The notes under the pieces were generated by a model, which saw only the letters and a list, made by a program, of their open reading frames with translations, was not told the DNA's origin and searched no databases. DNA of 36,284 nt, taken from Patescibacteria group bacterium UBA6102. Lineage in GTDB: Bacteria > Patescibacteriota > Minisyncoccia > Minisyncoccales > UBA5738. The first letter of the stretch is position 1, and every line of letters begins with the position of its first letter. Shown here in pieces: positions 23,898 to 32,000 of this stretch. Both the position numbers and the translations under genes were made by a program. Location of the stretch: contig DIWQ01000001.1 of assembly GCA_002423555.1 (NCBI GenBank), forward strand, positions 3,212 through 39,495, in the 5' to 3' direction.

Positions 23898-26842
23898 CGC
23901 ACGGTGAACAATGGTGTGAGAGTGGTTTTTTGGTTTAATTGGGTTTCAACTTTTTCCAATAAATTTTCTTTTTTGACGTCAACATCATCCTGCGACCGAT
24001 AAAGTTTTTGGCGCATTTCGTTCCGCTTTTTTTCTAAATCCTTGATCTCGCGCTGAAGCTTAACTTTTTCTCCCAAGTTAAGCACCTTCTTCGCGTTCGT
24101 TTTCATCGCTTTTATATCAATATCCATTTGTCTTAGCTCAATTTCCAAACTTTTTTTCACATCTTCGGCCCATTTATCAAGCTTATCCACTTCATTGTCA
24201 AAAAATTCGCCGTTACGACCGGCAACACTCGCCACGATGATTGTGGCTTTTTCTTGTTCCCTTTGCCACAATATCTCGTTTTTTATTTCGGATATATTTT
24301 TATTTATTTTGGCATTGAGCGTGAACAGTTTTTCGGCGATATCTTCATCAATCGCCTCGCCGCTGTCTTTGATTGCGGTTATTAAAATATTGTCCTCGGT
24401 TTCAAACGAATCAATCGTAAATTCTGATACTTGCAGAATGCCGGACGCGCCCACCAATTCTTTTATTGATGAAATAATTTGTCCGTGATTGGAATAATCA
24501 AAAATTAGTTCCGCGCCGGGCAATTTCAATGCTTTGATTTCTTGCAAAATCAGCACCGCCAACGGATGGCCTGGGCGGTAAATGTGAGCGTCGTCAATAT
24601 TCTTACCGATTTTATATGGCCCTTCCTCAACTTTTTCTTCCGGAAAAGGATTTTGTTTGAGAGTGAAGGAATATTCATCATCGGCATAAACCGCTTTATC
24701 GCCCAAAAAATGCCGCGAAATGTCCCAGAGCCATTTTTCGTATGTTTCCAAATATGATTTGCTTTCCCGCAAATTCACTTTTAGTTTTTCGCAGACATCG
24801 GTGTCAAAGTTCTCCAAAAGTTTTTCTTTGGCTCCCTGCATTCCTTCTTCAATTGATCCGCCCATTTCCACTTGCAAGGCGTCAAAGGCGCGGTCAATTT
24901 CTTCATCGGTGCGGCAAGTTTGATAAATTGCGGCAATTCTTTTTTCAAAATCAACTCCGGAGGCAATGTTTCCCAGCACTTCATCGCTTGCCCCAAACAC
25001 CCCTTTAAAAAGCTGGAATTTTTGATCAAGCAAGTCATATACACGCTTATCGGCGGCGTTTTTGCGGTTCACAAAATTTACCACAACCACATCGTGTTTT
25101 TGACCGTAGCGATGGCAGCGGCCGATTCGCTGCTCAATTCTTTGCGGATTCCACGGTAGATCGTAATTGATGACCAGCGAACAGAATTGCAAATTGATGC
25201 CCTCGGCGGCCGCTTCGGTGGCAATCATAATTTCCGCGTCAGTTTTAAAATAATCCACCAGCGCGGCACGAAGATCCGCGGTTTTTGAACCGGTTATTTT
25301 GTCGCTATTTTTGTTTTTTTGCAACCAGTCGGCATAAATTTCTTTTGATTTCTGATCGTTGTTGGAGCCATTGAATAATACTATTTTATCTTTATAACCG
25401 CTTTCCGTGAGCAATTTCCAAAGGTAATCTTGGGTAATTCTTGATTCCGTAAAAATAATCGCCTTTCTGGGTATATCCTGATCGCCTCGTTCCTTTACCA
25501 ATTCTTCCTGCTTGCTAAACCCTTTTTCCAAAGCGGTGAGCAACGATTCTCCTTTTGAATTTTTAAAAATCGACTTGGCAAGTTCTCGGAATTTCTCCAA
25601 GTAATTTTTTTCGGCTTGGATAAAAGGCAGATCATCAATCGTGTATTTTTTCTTTTCCTTTGATTTTTCCTCGTCGTCTTCCTCCTCATTATCAATCCAT
25701 TCATCCGCCGTATCCGCGAACGCCTCGTAATTTTCTTCAAGCCCGGGCGGAAGTTCGCCGTTTTCGGCAATAGATTCATTGGCTATTTCCGTTTCCAATT
25801 TCTCAATCTTGTAAACAAGGCCGTTTAGCGTGCTGGCAATGGCAAACGAAGACGATGCAAGAAGTTTGCGCAATATCAGCGTCATAAGCTGGCGCTGGCT
25901 GGAAGGCAAGGCGTATAATTTAGGGCGTTGCAAATACTCCGACATTCCATTGTAAAGCTCAATTTCTTGATCGGTGGGAGTATAATCCTGCGTTAACGGA
26001 ATTCTTCTGGTATATTTGATATATTCCAAAACCTGGCGCCGCAAAGTCCGGATACAGATCGGCTTTAATCGGTTCCTCAAATCTTCAAACATTTCCCGTT
26101 TCGGCTCAATCGCGCCATCTTCACGGTCGCAAATATCCTGCTCTCGGGAAACCCGCGCGTAGTTTGCCTTAAAACTCTTTAAATCGCCAAAAACATGGTC
26201 ATCAACAATACTGACTAATCCAAAAAGCTCCAATAGCGAATTTTGCAATGGTGTTGCGGTCAAAAGAATTTTGGGAATGCCGTCCAGTGATTCCTTGATT
26301 TGTTTGGCGATTTTGTTGCTTGATTTATAAACATTGCGCAGCCGGTGGGCTTCATCAATAACCGCTAAATCCCATTTTGTTTGTTTTATATACGGAGATT
26401 TTGCCCTCGCGAAATGATATGAACAAATAATAATGGAGTCTTCTTGATTGAAAGGATTAAGATTTCCCTCTTTGACAAATTGATTGAATGATTTTGCTTC
26501 GATAATAGTTGAGGGGAGAAAAAATTTTTCTTGAAGTTCAGAATTCCATTGCTTCCTTAAGCTGGATGGCACAATGAGCAATATTTTTCTTTTTCTTTCT
26601 GCCCACTTTTGCGACAAGACAAGGCCTGCCTCAATCGTTTTTCCCAGACCGACTTCATCCGCCAGAATCGCGCCCCTGGAAAGCGGCGAACGAAAAGCAA
26701 AAAGCGCCGCTTCGATTTGATGTGGATTTAGATCAACCTGCGCATTTGACAATGTTGATGATAGTTTTTCTAAGCTATCCGACGAACATCGCTTCGCAAG
26801 CTGATACGCAAAATATTTAGCGTGATAATCGGTAATGCTCAT
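23882..26842 (-). CDS. SNF2-family (SF2) helicase/translocase with a ~330-aa C-terminal extension ending in a coiled-coil-like region
   Basis: Motif I is ILADEVGLGKTIEAG, motif II is AVIDEAHRLRN, motif III is LLTATPLQNSLLELF and motif VI is QRIGRCHRYGQKHDVVVVNF. The C-terminus is Lys/Glu-rich and heptad-like (LEIELRQMDIDIKAMKTNAKKVLNLGEKVKLQREIKDLEKKRNEMRQKL). Confidence 0.9.
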   Translation of the reverse strand: MSITDYHAKYFAYQLAKRCSSDSLEKLSSTLSNAQVDLNPHQIEAALFAFRSPLSRGAILADEVGLGKTIEAGLVLSQKWAERKRKILLIVPSSLRKQWNSELQEKFFLPSTIIEAKSFNQFVKEGNLNPFNQEDSIIICSYHFARAKSPYIKQTKWDLAVIDEAHRLRNVYKSSNKIAKQIKESLDGIPKILLTATPLQNSLLELFGLVSIVDDHVFGDLKSFKANYARVSREQDICDREDGAIEPKREMFEDLRNRLKPICIRTLRRQVLEYIKYTRRIPLTQDYTPTDQEIELYNGMSEYLQRPKLYALPSSQRQLMTLILRKLLASSSFAIASTLNGLVYKIEKLETEIANESIAENGELPPGLEENYEAFADTADEWIDNEEEDDEEKSKEKKKYTIDDLPFIQAEKNYLEKFRELAKSIFKNSKGESLLTALEKGFSKQEELVKERGDQDIPRKAIIFTESRITQDYLWKLLTESGYKDKIVLFNGSNNDQKSKEIYADWLQKNKNSDKITGSKTADLRAALVDYFKTDAEIMIATEAAAEGINLQFCSLVINYDLPWNPQRIEQRIGRCHRYGQKHDVVVVNFVNRKNAADKRVYDLLDQKFQLFKGVFGASDEVLGNIASGVDFEKRIAAIYQTCRTDEEIDRAFDALQVEMGGSIEEGMQGAKEKLLENFDTDVCEKLKVNLRESKSYLETYEKWLWDISRHFLGDKAVYADDEYSFTLKQNPFPEEKVEEGPYKIGKNIDDAHIYRPGHPLAVLILQEIKALKLPGAELIFDYSNHGQIISSIKELVGASGILQVSEFTIDSFETEDNILITAIKDSGEAIDEDIAEKLFTLNAKINKNISEIKNEILWQREQEKATIIVASVAGRNGEFFDNEVDKLDKWAEDVKKSLEIELRQMDIDIKAMKTNAKKVLNLGEKVKLQREIKDLEKKRNEMRQKLYRSQDDVDVKKENLLEKVETQLNQKTTLTPLFTVRWKVI

Positions 26843-27097
26843 TTTGTTGATTATTCAAGCACTATCCCATTCAATTTAACTCTGTTGACAAAATAATGCG
26901 TGCTGATACGATTTAATTGGAATCGCTTTCAGACCGAATTGTGGCGTTTATCGCCGCGTTCCCGCAAGGGATAGGTTTGGAAGTTTTTTGTTATTGGGAT
27001 ACAGGCAGACAAAAATAAAAATATGAGCATATCCGCGCTCCAAGCTCCGTCCACTATAAACTATCACAATTTGGACCAAAAATCCATTTGAAAACAC

Positions 27098-27385
27098 AAA
27101 AAAGCGGGGGGTGAACCCCGCGGATGTTTTTGGCCTCAATTTTTCGGTTTACATACTCGGCCTTGCGGCCGCCGACTATGAGAAGCGGAGGCAAAAAGAG
27201 CCGACACTCTTGGATAGGGTTAGAACTTATTACAAGGAAAATACCTTAGATTGACCCCCGATTGAGCTCGCTTTGCCCTTCCAAACAGTAATTTGGCCGG
27301 GCTTCGCTCGCAAAGGGGCAACCGAGCTCGGCTCCATCTTTTCGGCTAAAATGCGGTATATGTGGCGGGCGGATTTTTTGGTGCG
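27098..27385 (-). ncRNA. Candidate ~290-nt structured RNA (unclassified) with its own promoter-like motif and an intrinsic terminator
   Basis: On the minus strand it starts just after motif copy 3. It contains nested helices (GAGCTCG/CGAGCTC plus TGCCC/GGGCA, CCAAA/TTTGG, and CGGCC-GCAA-GGCCG with a GNRA loop). It ends in GCGGGG-n6-CCCCGC followed by T6 (27098-27121). There is no convincing ORF. Confidence 0.4.
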
Positions 27386-27390
27386 CGAAG

Positions 27391-27424
27391 ATGCTATGTT
27401 TAAATATAGCATAAATATAACATT
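27391..27424. repeat. Copy 3 of the 34-nt AT-rich near-palindromic motif
   Basis: The sequence atgctatgtttaaatatagcataaatataacatt is identical to 4055-4088. Confidence 0.9.
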
Positions 27425-27716
27425 AAAAATGATTTCGGTTTTGCCGGCGCATCAAATTTTGGATTATTTCAGTAAAATTTATTGCGCGATTATTTCAAAA
27501 TAGAAATGTAGAAATAGCGTCAACTCTGGTTTTTGATTAACGATAGTTTTTTGCGTGCTTCCAACTTTTGATTTCGACTTTTGGAGAAGGCAGGCAAAAT
27601 ACATAAATGGAATAGTGGTACGTCGTCTTGCCATCCGGCAAGCCTCCTCACCACCAGCCGCAAGTACATCGAAAAGCTCGCCCTAAATGGACGAGCTTAA
27701 TCATTTTTACTGCGGC

Positions 27717-27790
27717 TGGCTGCCGGACCTGGATTCGAACCAAGATAGACGCCTTCAAAGGGCGTTGTCCTACCATTAGACGATCCGGCA
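27717..27790 (-). tRNA. tRNA-Gln (UUG), CCA encoded
   Basis: A manual cloverleaf gives acceptor UGCCGGA/UCCGGCA (U1:A72) and D stem GUCU/GGAC. The anticodon stem is ACGCC/GGCGU with loop CUUUGAA. The T arm is CUUGG-UUCGAAU-CCAGG, followed by G73 and CCA. The total is 74 nt. Confidence 0.9.
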
Positions 27791-27903
27791 ATTTTACAAA
27801 ACGGGTTTATTATAGCGCAAAAACAATAAAAATCAATAAAACCAACAAAAAAAATCAGGAGTTTAGCTTCCGAACTTTAACAATCAATCTCATTGGCGTT
27901 TTT

Positions 27904-27935
27904 CCGGATATGGACATTCCAACATTCTTGAGAAT
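27904..27935. repeat. Copy 2 of the 14-bp-stem hairpin repeat
   Basis: The sequence is identical to 15557-15588, and the identity extends through the trailing TTATT. It lies between the dnaX terminator and tRNA-Gln. Confidence 0.85.
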
Positions 27936-28012
27936 GTTGGAATGTTTATTAACGACAGATAGTTTATTTTAATGTTCCGCAGAATATCAAAATGCTTTTT
28001 GGGGTGCAAACC

Positions 28013-28044
28013 AAAAATCAGGGGTTCAACCCCTGATTTTTTTT
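28013..28044. terminator. Bidirectional intrinsic terminator downstream of dnaX
   Basis: An A5 run is followed by the ATCAGGGG/CCCCTGAT stem (8 bp, 5-nt loop) and then a T8 run. Confidence 0.6.
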
Positions 28045-28073
28045 AAACAGTATTTTTTCGGTGTATTGCAAGA

Positions 28074-29192
28074 TTATCGGGAGCAGGATTCAACGAGGGC
28101 GATTTCCAGGGGCAGTTGCGGGATGGGAGAATATTTGATCTTGCCTTGCGCTTCCAAAAAAATATCAATGATGTTTTTGATTTTTTCTTCGCCCATCGCT
28201 AGGGTTTGCGTCCGCAGAATTTCAAATTCTTCGTCGGTCAGGCCGGCAATCATTATGTTGTCGTTTTTCGCGTCTTTGGGGCCGACGATTGCCAGAACGA
28301 GCGCGTGGCGCAGATAATTCAGCAAGCTTTTGCCGTATTCGGCGACATCATAGCCTTTTTCAATAATTTCGTTTAGATGGCTTATCGCGGCGGCGGCGTT
28401 TTTTTCGGCGATAAACCGCGTGAGCTCCGCGGCAGATTTGGTTTCGGTCATTCCCAAAAATTCGCGGATGTCGCCCGCGGCGATGGCGGATTTTTTTTGC
28501 GCCGCCAGCGTCAAAATCTGTCCCAACAGGCTTTCGGCGTCGCGCACCGAGCCGCCGGCGGAAAGCGCGATCAATTCCAGCGCGGCTTTCTCAACCTTGA
28601 TTTTTTCGTTGTCGGCCAGTTTTTGCAGGCGCCCGACCAGTTCGGGCAGGGATAATTTGCGAAAATCAAACCGCTGGCAACGCGACATAATCGTGGGCAG
28701 AATTTTGTGCAATTCGGTGGTGGCCAAAACGAAAATCGCGTGTGCCGGCGGTTCTTCCAAGGTTTTGAGCAGGGCGTTGGCCGCATCTTTGGAAAGCTGG
28801 TGGCATTCATCAATAATAAACACTTTATATTTGAGTTTTGCCGGCGCGAATTTGATGCCCTCGCGCAGTTCGCGGATATCGTCAACGCCGCGGTGCGACG
28901 CCGCGTCAATTTCAATCAAGTCTATTGCCCGCCCGCTTTGGATTTCCACGCAATTGGCACACCGGTTGCAAGGCTCGCCGCTGTTTGCCGCGCGATTCAG
29001 GCAATTGACCGCTTTGGCAATTACGCGCGCGGTGGTGGTTTTGCCGCAACCGCGCGGACCGGAAAACAAATAGGCGTGCGCGGCATGCCCGCTTTTAATC
29101 TCGTTTTGAATGGTTTTGGTGACGTGCTCCTGGCCGATGATGTCGGCAAACGTCTGCGGCCGGTATTTGCGATATAAAACTAAATTTTCCAT
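28074..29192 (-). CDS. dnaX: DNA polymerase III subunit gamma/tau, short form (372 aa)
   Basis: The product has YRKYRPQTFADIIGQEHV, Walker A GPRGCGKTT, a Zn module CLNRAANSGEPCNRCANC and FIIDECHQL. I place the start at MENLVLYRKYRP (29192), which removes the overlap with the upstream gene. Confidence 0.9.
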   Translation of the reverse strand: MENLVLYRKYRPQTFADIIGQEHVTKTIQNEIKSGHAAHAYLFSGPRGCGKTTTARVIAKAVNCLNRAANSGEPCNRCANCVEIQSGRAIDLIEIDAASHRGVDDIRELREGIKFAPAKLKYKVFIIDECHQLSKDAANALLKTLEEPPAHAIFVLATTELHKILPTIMSRCQRFDFRKLSLPELVGRLQKLADNEKIKVEKAALELIALSAGGSVRDAESLLGQILTLAAQKKSAIAAGDIREFLGMTETKSAAELTRFIAEKNAAAAISHLNEIIEKGYDVAEYGKSLLNYLRHALVLAIVGPKDAKNDNIMIAGLTDEEFEILRTQTLAMGEEKIKNIIDIFLEAQGKIKYSPIPQLPLEIALVESCSR

Positions 29193-29214
29193 AAAATATG
29201 TTAAAGCTATATTA

Positions 29215-29871
29215 TTATTTTTCAAACACCAAAATTTTGTAGCCAAAAAAGTTGAAGATGAAAACCGCCATTATTGCGCCGATGCCGCCCAAATTCGCCC
29301 AAAGTTCGGCGGGAATTCCCCATTGCGGCCCGATTTGATTGACGATGATGTCGGCGATAAAAATATTGAGCGCCAATCCGGCCAGGGTAATGGCAAAAAA
29401 TTTGCCGAATTCGCGTTTTAGATTTTGCCGGTTTTTGTTTTTGAACGCCCACAGTTTGTCGGGAAAATATTTCAGCGATGTGGCGGCGGCAAAAGATATT
29501 CCCTTGGCCACATTGAAGCCGGCGCCGGATGTCGCTCCGCTCAAAACCATAAAGAGGTTAAGCAGGGTCAGATCAAGTATCGCGGCCATCGCTCCCACCA
29601 GCAAAAATTTGGCCAACTGGTAAATTGCCAGAAACTTTTTGCCGATCAGAAACGCAATTTGCAGGCCGAGGGCCGCAAGCAAAGGAAAAACGATCAGCAA
29701 AAGCCATCGCCATCGGACGAAACTTTCTGCTATCAAGCCGCCCGAAGATTGTCCCAAAATATAATAAAAATAAACCGCCACTCCGCCGCCGATGCCCGCG
29801 GCAATGATTGCGTCATTTGCCTCCATTTTTGAATATTTTTCGTTTTTGGATGCCATTGCCGATTTTACCAC
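29215..29871 (-). CDS. GtrA-like membrane protein with an N-terminal two-TM extension
   Basis: The C-terminal ~130 aa match the GtrA pattern (KFLLVGAMAAILDLTLLNLF...NVAKGISFAAATSLKYFPDKLWAFKNK). The exact start is uncertain. Confidence 0.55.
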   Translation of the reverse strand: MVKSAMASKNEKYSKMEANDAIIAAGIGGGVAVYFYYILGQSSGGLIAESFVRWRWLLLIVFPLLAALGLQIAFLIGKKFLAIYQLAKFLLVGAMAAILDLTLLNLFMVLSGATSGAGFNVAKGISFAAATSLKYFPDKLWAFKNKNRQNLKREFGKFFAITLAGLALNIFIADIIVNQIGPQWGIPAELWANLGGIGAIMAVFIFNFFGYKILVFEK

Positions 29872-30038
29872 AGATTGGCTTTTGCGGACATATTGACAAG
29901 GATGGGTTGGTCTTGTTATGCTGGAAGAGCAAGATTATGAACAAGAAACTTCGTTCAAAGAAATCGGTCCGCTTGTGTATGATCCTCTCGTAAAGAGCGG
30001 CCGGTTTTGGTGAATTTGTTTGCGACAATGTATGCTAC

Positions 30039-30072
30039 CGCGCCTCTCTTTACGGGAGGCGCGTTTCAATTT
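30039..30072 (+). terminator. Terminator-like hairpin inside the leader of the tandem cysteine-synthase-family genes (possible attenuator)
   Basis: The CGCGCCTC(T)/GGAGGCGCG stem (8-9 bp) is followed by TTTCAATTT. It lies about 85 nt upstream of the ATG at 30151 and about 140 nt downstream of a TTGACA box (29893-29898). Confidence 0.4.
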
Positions 30073-30150
30073 GAAAATTAAAAAAGATACGGGAAGTGCT
30101 ACGGGCAATCATAAAGGTTGCCCCTACAAAAAAAATACAAAATTAAAATT

Positions 30151-31083
30151 ATGAAAATATTGGAAACAATCGGCAATACTCCGTTGGTGGAAATTGAAAA
30201 ACTCAATCCCAATCCGAAAGTGAAAATCTATGCCAAATTGGAAGGCGCCAATCCCACCGGGTCAATCAAAGACCGCATCGCCTTGGCGATGATTGAACAT
30301 GCCGAAAAGACCGGCGCACTAAAAAAGGGAAAAACAATCATTGAGGCGACCAGCGGCAACACCGGCATCGGGATTGCCATGGTGGCGGCAATCAAGGGAT
30401 ACAAGACGATGATTGTTCTACCCGAATCAATGAGCGTGGAGCGGCAAAAAATGATATTGGCTTTCGGCGCCGAACTGATATTGGTCAAGCCGGAAATGTG
30501 GCGCGACGGCGCGGTGGCGATGATCAAAGAAATGGCCGCCAAAGACAAAAAACTGGTTCTGCTCAACCAGTTTGACAACGAGCAGAACTGTTTGGCGCAT
30601 TATTACACCACCGGCAAGGAAATTGCCAGGCAAGTTCCGGAAAAAATTGATTATTTGATCGCCGGACTGGGCACCGGCGGCACGATCACCGGCATCGCGC
30701 GCCGGCTGAGGGAAAAACATCCCGCAATGCGCGTCATCGGCATCCAGCCCTATCTGGGCGAAAAAATAGAAGGATTGCGTTCGGTGAAATCCGGCGTGAT
30801 TCCCAAAATTCTGGAGCCTTGCCTGCCCTGCGGCGACCATCGCAAAAGCCTGATTGATATCGTGATTGAAGTTCATGAAAAGGACGCCGTTAACACCGTC
30901 CGCGGTCTGGCGGCAAAAGAAGGAATTTTTGTCGGGCAAAGCTCCGGCGCGGCGATGTTTGCGGCCGCCAAGTATGCTAAAAAAGCGGGAAAGGGAACAA
31001 TCGTCACCGTCTTCCCCGACCGCGGCGAAAAATATTTGAGCACCGGAGTTTTTTCTTCATCAAAAAACAATAATAAGCCTTAA
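30151..31083 (+). CDS. PLP-dependent cysteine synthase family protein (CysK/CysM/CBS-like), paralogue 1
   Basis: The product has MKILETIGNTPLVEI, a PLP-lysine block NPTGSIKDR, TSGNTGIG, GTGGTITG and a SSGAA motif. I use the ATG at 30151 rather than the TTG at 30118. Confidence 0.85.
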   Translation: MKILETIGNTPLVEIEKLNPNPKVKIYAKLEGANPTGSIKDRIALAMIEHAEKTGALKKGKTIIEATSGNTGIGIAMVAAIKGYKTMIVLPESMSVERQKMILAFGAELILVKPEMWRDGAVAMIKEMAAKDKKLVLLNQFDNEQNCLAHYYTTGKEIARQVPEKIDYLIAGLGTGGTITGIARRLREKHPAMRVIGIQPYLGEKIEGLRSVKSGVIPKILEPCLPCGDHRKSLIDIVIEVHEKDAVNTVRGLAAKEGIFVGQSSGAAMFAAAKYAKKAGKGTIVTVFPDRGEKYLSTGVFSSSKNNNKP

Positions 31084-31091
31084 CAAATTCT

Positions 31092-31997
31092 ATGGACAAC
31101 ATTCTTGACACCATCGGCAGAACGCCGCTGGTGGAAATCAAAAAATTAAATCCCAATCCCGCCGTTAAAATCTTTGCCAAGCTGGAAGGTTTTAACCCGG
31201 GCGGATCAATGAAAGATCGCGTGGCGCGGGCGTTGATTGAGGATGCCGAAAGATCCGGCGCGCTGAAAAAGGGAAAAACGATCATTGAGGCGACCAATGG
31301 TAACACCGGCATCGGCATTGCCATGGTAGCGGCCATCAAAGGCTATAAAACCATCATCGTGTCGCCGGAAAACGCCAACCAAGAAAGAAAAAGAATCATT
31401 GAGAGCTTCGGCGCGCAAGTGATTGAAGTGAAGCCCGAACTCTGGCGGCAAGGCGCGCTGGATCTGGTGGAGGAAATGGCGGCCAAGGACTCTTCATTGG
31501 TGGTTTTGGATAAATTTTCTGCCAAACAAAATTGCGCGGTGCATTTCAACACCACTGGCAAGGAAATCGTCAAGCAAATCAGCGGGCAAATTGATTACTT
31601 CATTTCCTGCATCGGCACCGGCGGCGCGATTTCGGGCATTGCCCGCCAATTGCGGCAAAATTGGCCGCAAGTGAGGGTGATCGGCATCCAGCCCAAGATT
31701 TGGGGCGCGGATTCTTCTATTGAGACCGGCATATTTCCGCCCATTCTGAATTCAAATCTGCCCTGCGGCGACCATGACAAAGTGATGGTGGACATTATCG
31801 TGGAAATCGGGCAAGCCGATGCCTTTCAAATGGCCGAAAGAATCATCCGAGAGGAAGGGATTTTTGCCGGCGCCAGCTCCGGCGCGGCAATGTTTACTGC
31901 CGCCGAATATGCCAAAAAAATGGAAAAAGGAACGATTGTCACCGTCTTCCCCGACCGCGGCGAACACTACTTGTCCACGGAAATGTTTCGAAATTAA
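31092..31997 (+). CDS. PLP-dependent cysteine synthase family protein, paralogue 2
   Basis: It has the same motif set (NPGGSMKDR, TNGNTGIG, GTGGAISG, SSGAA). It lies 8 nt after paralogue 1, and the two align along their whole length. Confidence 0.85.
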   Translation: MDNILDTIGRTPLVEIKKLNPNPAVKIFAKLEGFNPGGSMKDRVARALIEDAERSGALKKGKTIIEATNGNTGIGIAMVAAIKGYKTIIVSPENANQERKRIIESFGAQVIEVKPELWRQGALDLVEEMAAKDSSLVVLDKFSAKQNCAVHFNTTGKEIVKQISGQIDYFISCIGTGGAISGIARQLRQNWPQVRVIGIQPKIWGADSSIETGIFPPILNSNLPCGDHDKVMVDIIVEIGQADAFQMAERIIREEGIFAGASSGAAMFTAAEYAKKMEKGTIVTVFPDRGEHYLSTEMFRN

Positions 31998-32000
31998 AAA

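Noticed and set aside
18938-26842. I considered calling the SNF2/Mod/Res operon a class 1 DISARM system or an ordinary Type III R-M system.
   Set aside because: DISARM requires DrmA, DrmB (DUF1998) and usually DrmC (PLD), and none is present. A plain Type III system has only Mod and Res. I therefore report the operon as an unassigned hybrid rather than naming it.
26948-27139. The 63-aa track ORF includes a possible 33-aa peptide with a lipobox-like LSAC (MLIFLFLSACIP...).
   Set aside because: It has no SD, it overlaps the terminator of the upstream RNA candidate, and its composition is poor. This is probably a chance ORF in an AT-rich spacer.
27098-27385. I tested the ~290-nt RNA candidate as tmRNA, RNase P RNA or 6S RNA.
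   Set aside because: It has no tRNA-like acceptor/T-arm ends and no tag ORF ending in ALAA-type codons. It has no GAGGAAAGUCC or ACAGAAnnCGGCUUA RNase P blocks. 6S cannot be recognised from sequence alone, so I left it unclassified.
27230-27503. Track ORFs at 27230-27412 (-) and 27273-27503 (+) run through the structured region and motif copy 3.
   Set aside because: Both read through a repeat that is non-coding at its other two loci. They lack an SD and overlap each other on opposite strands. The region is better explained as RNA and regulatory DNA.
27540-27716. I considered a small SRP (4.5S) RNA downstream of tRNA-Gln, based on the hairpin CTTGCC-GGAT-GGCAAG flanked by GGTGGTGAGGAGG / ACGACGTACCAC.
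   Set aside because: The apical loop is not GNRA. The conserved domain IV strands (GGUCAGGUCC...GGAAGCAGCC-type) are only loosely approximated. I cannot support the call without a covariance-model search.
29990-30066. I considered a T-box riboswitch upstream of the cysteine-synthase genes.
   Set aside because: Only GCTACCGCG resembles the T-box core (GGUGGUACCGCG). The leader is short (about 130 nt), and I could not find Stem I features (K-turn, specifier loop, distal AG bulge). I report it only as a generic attenuator candidate.
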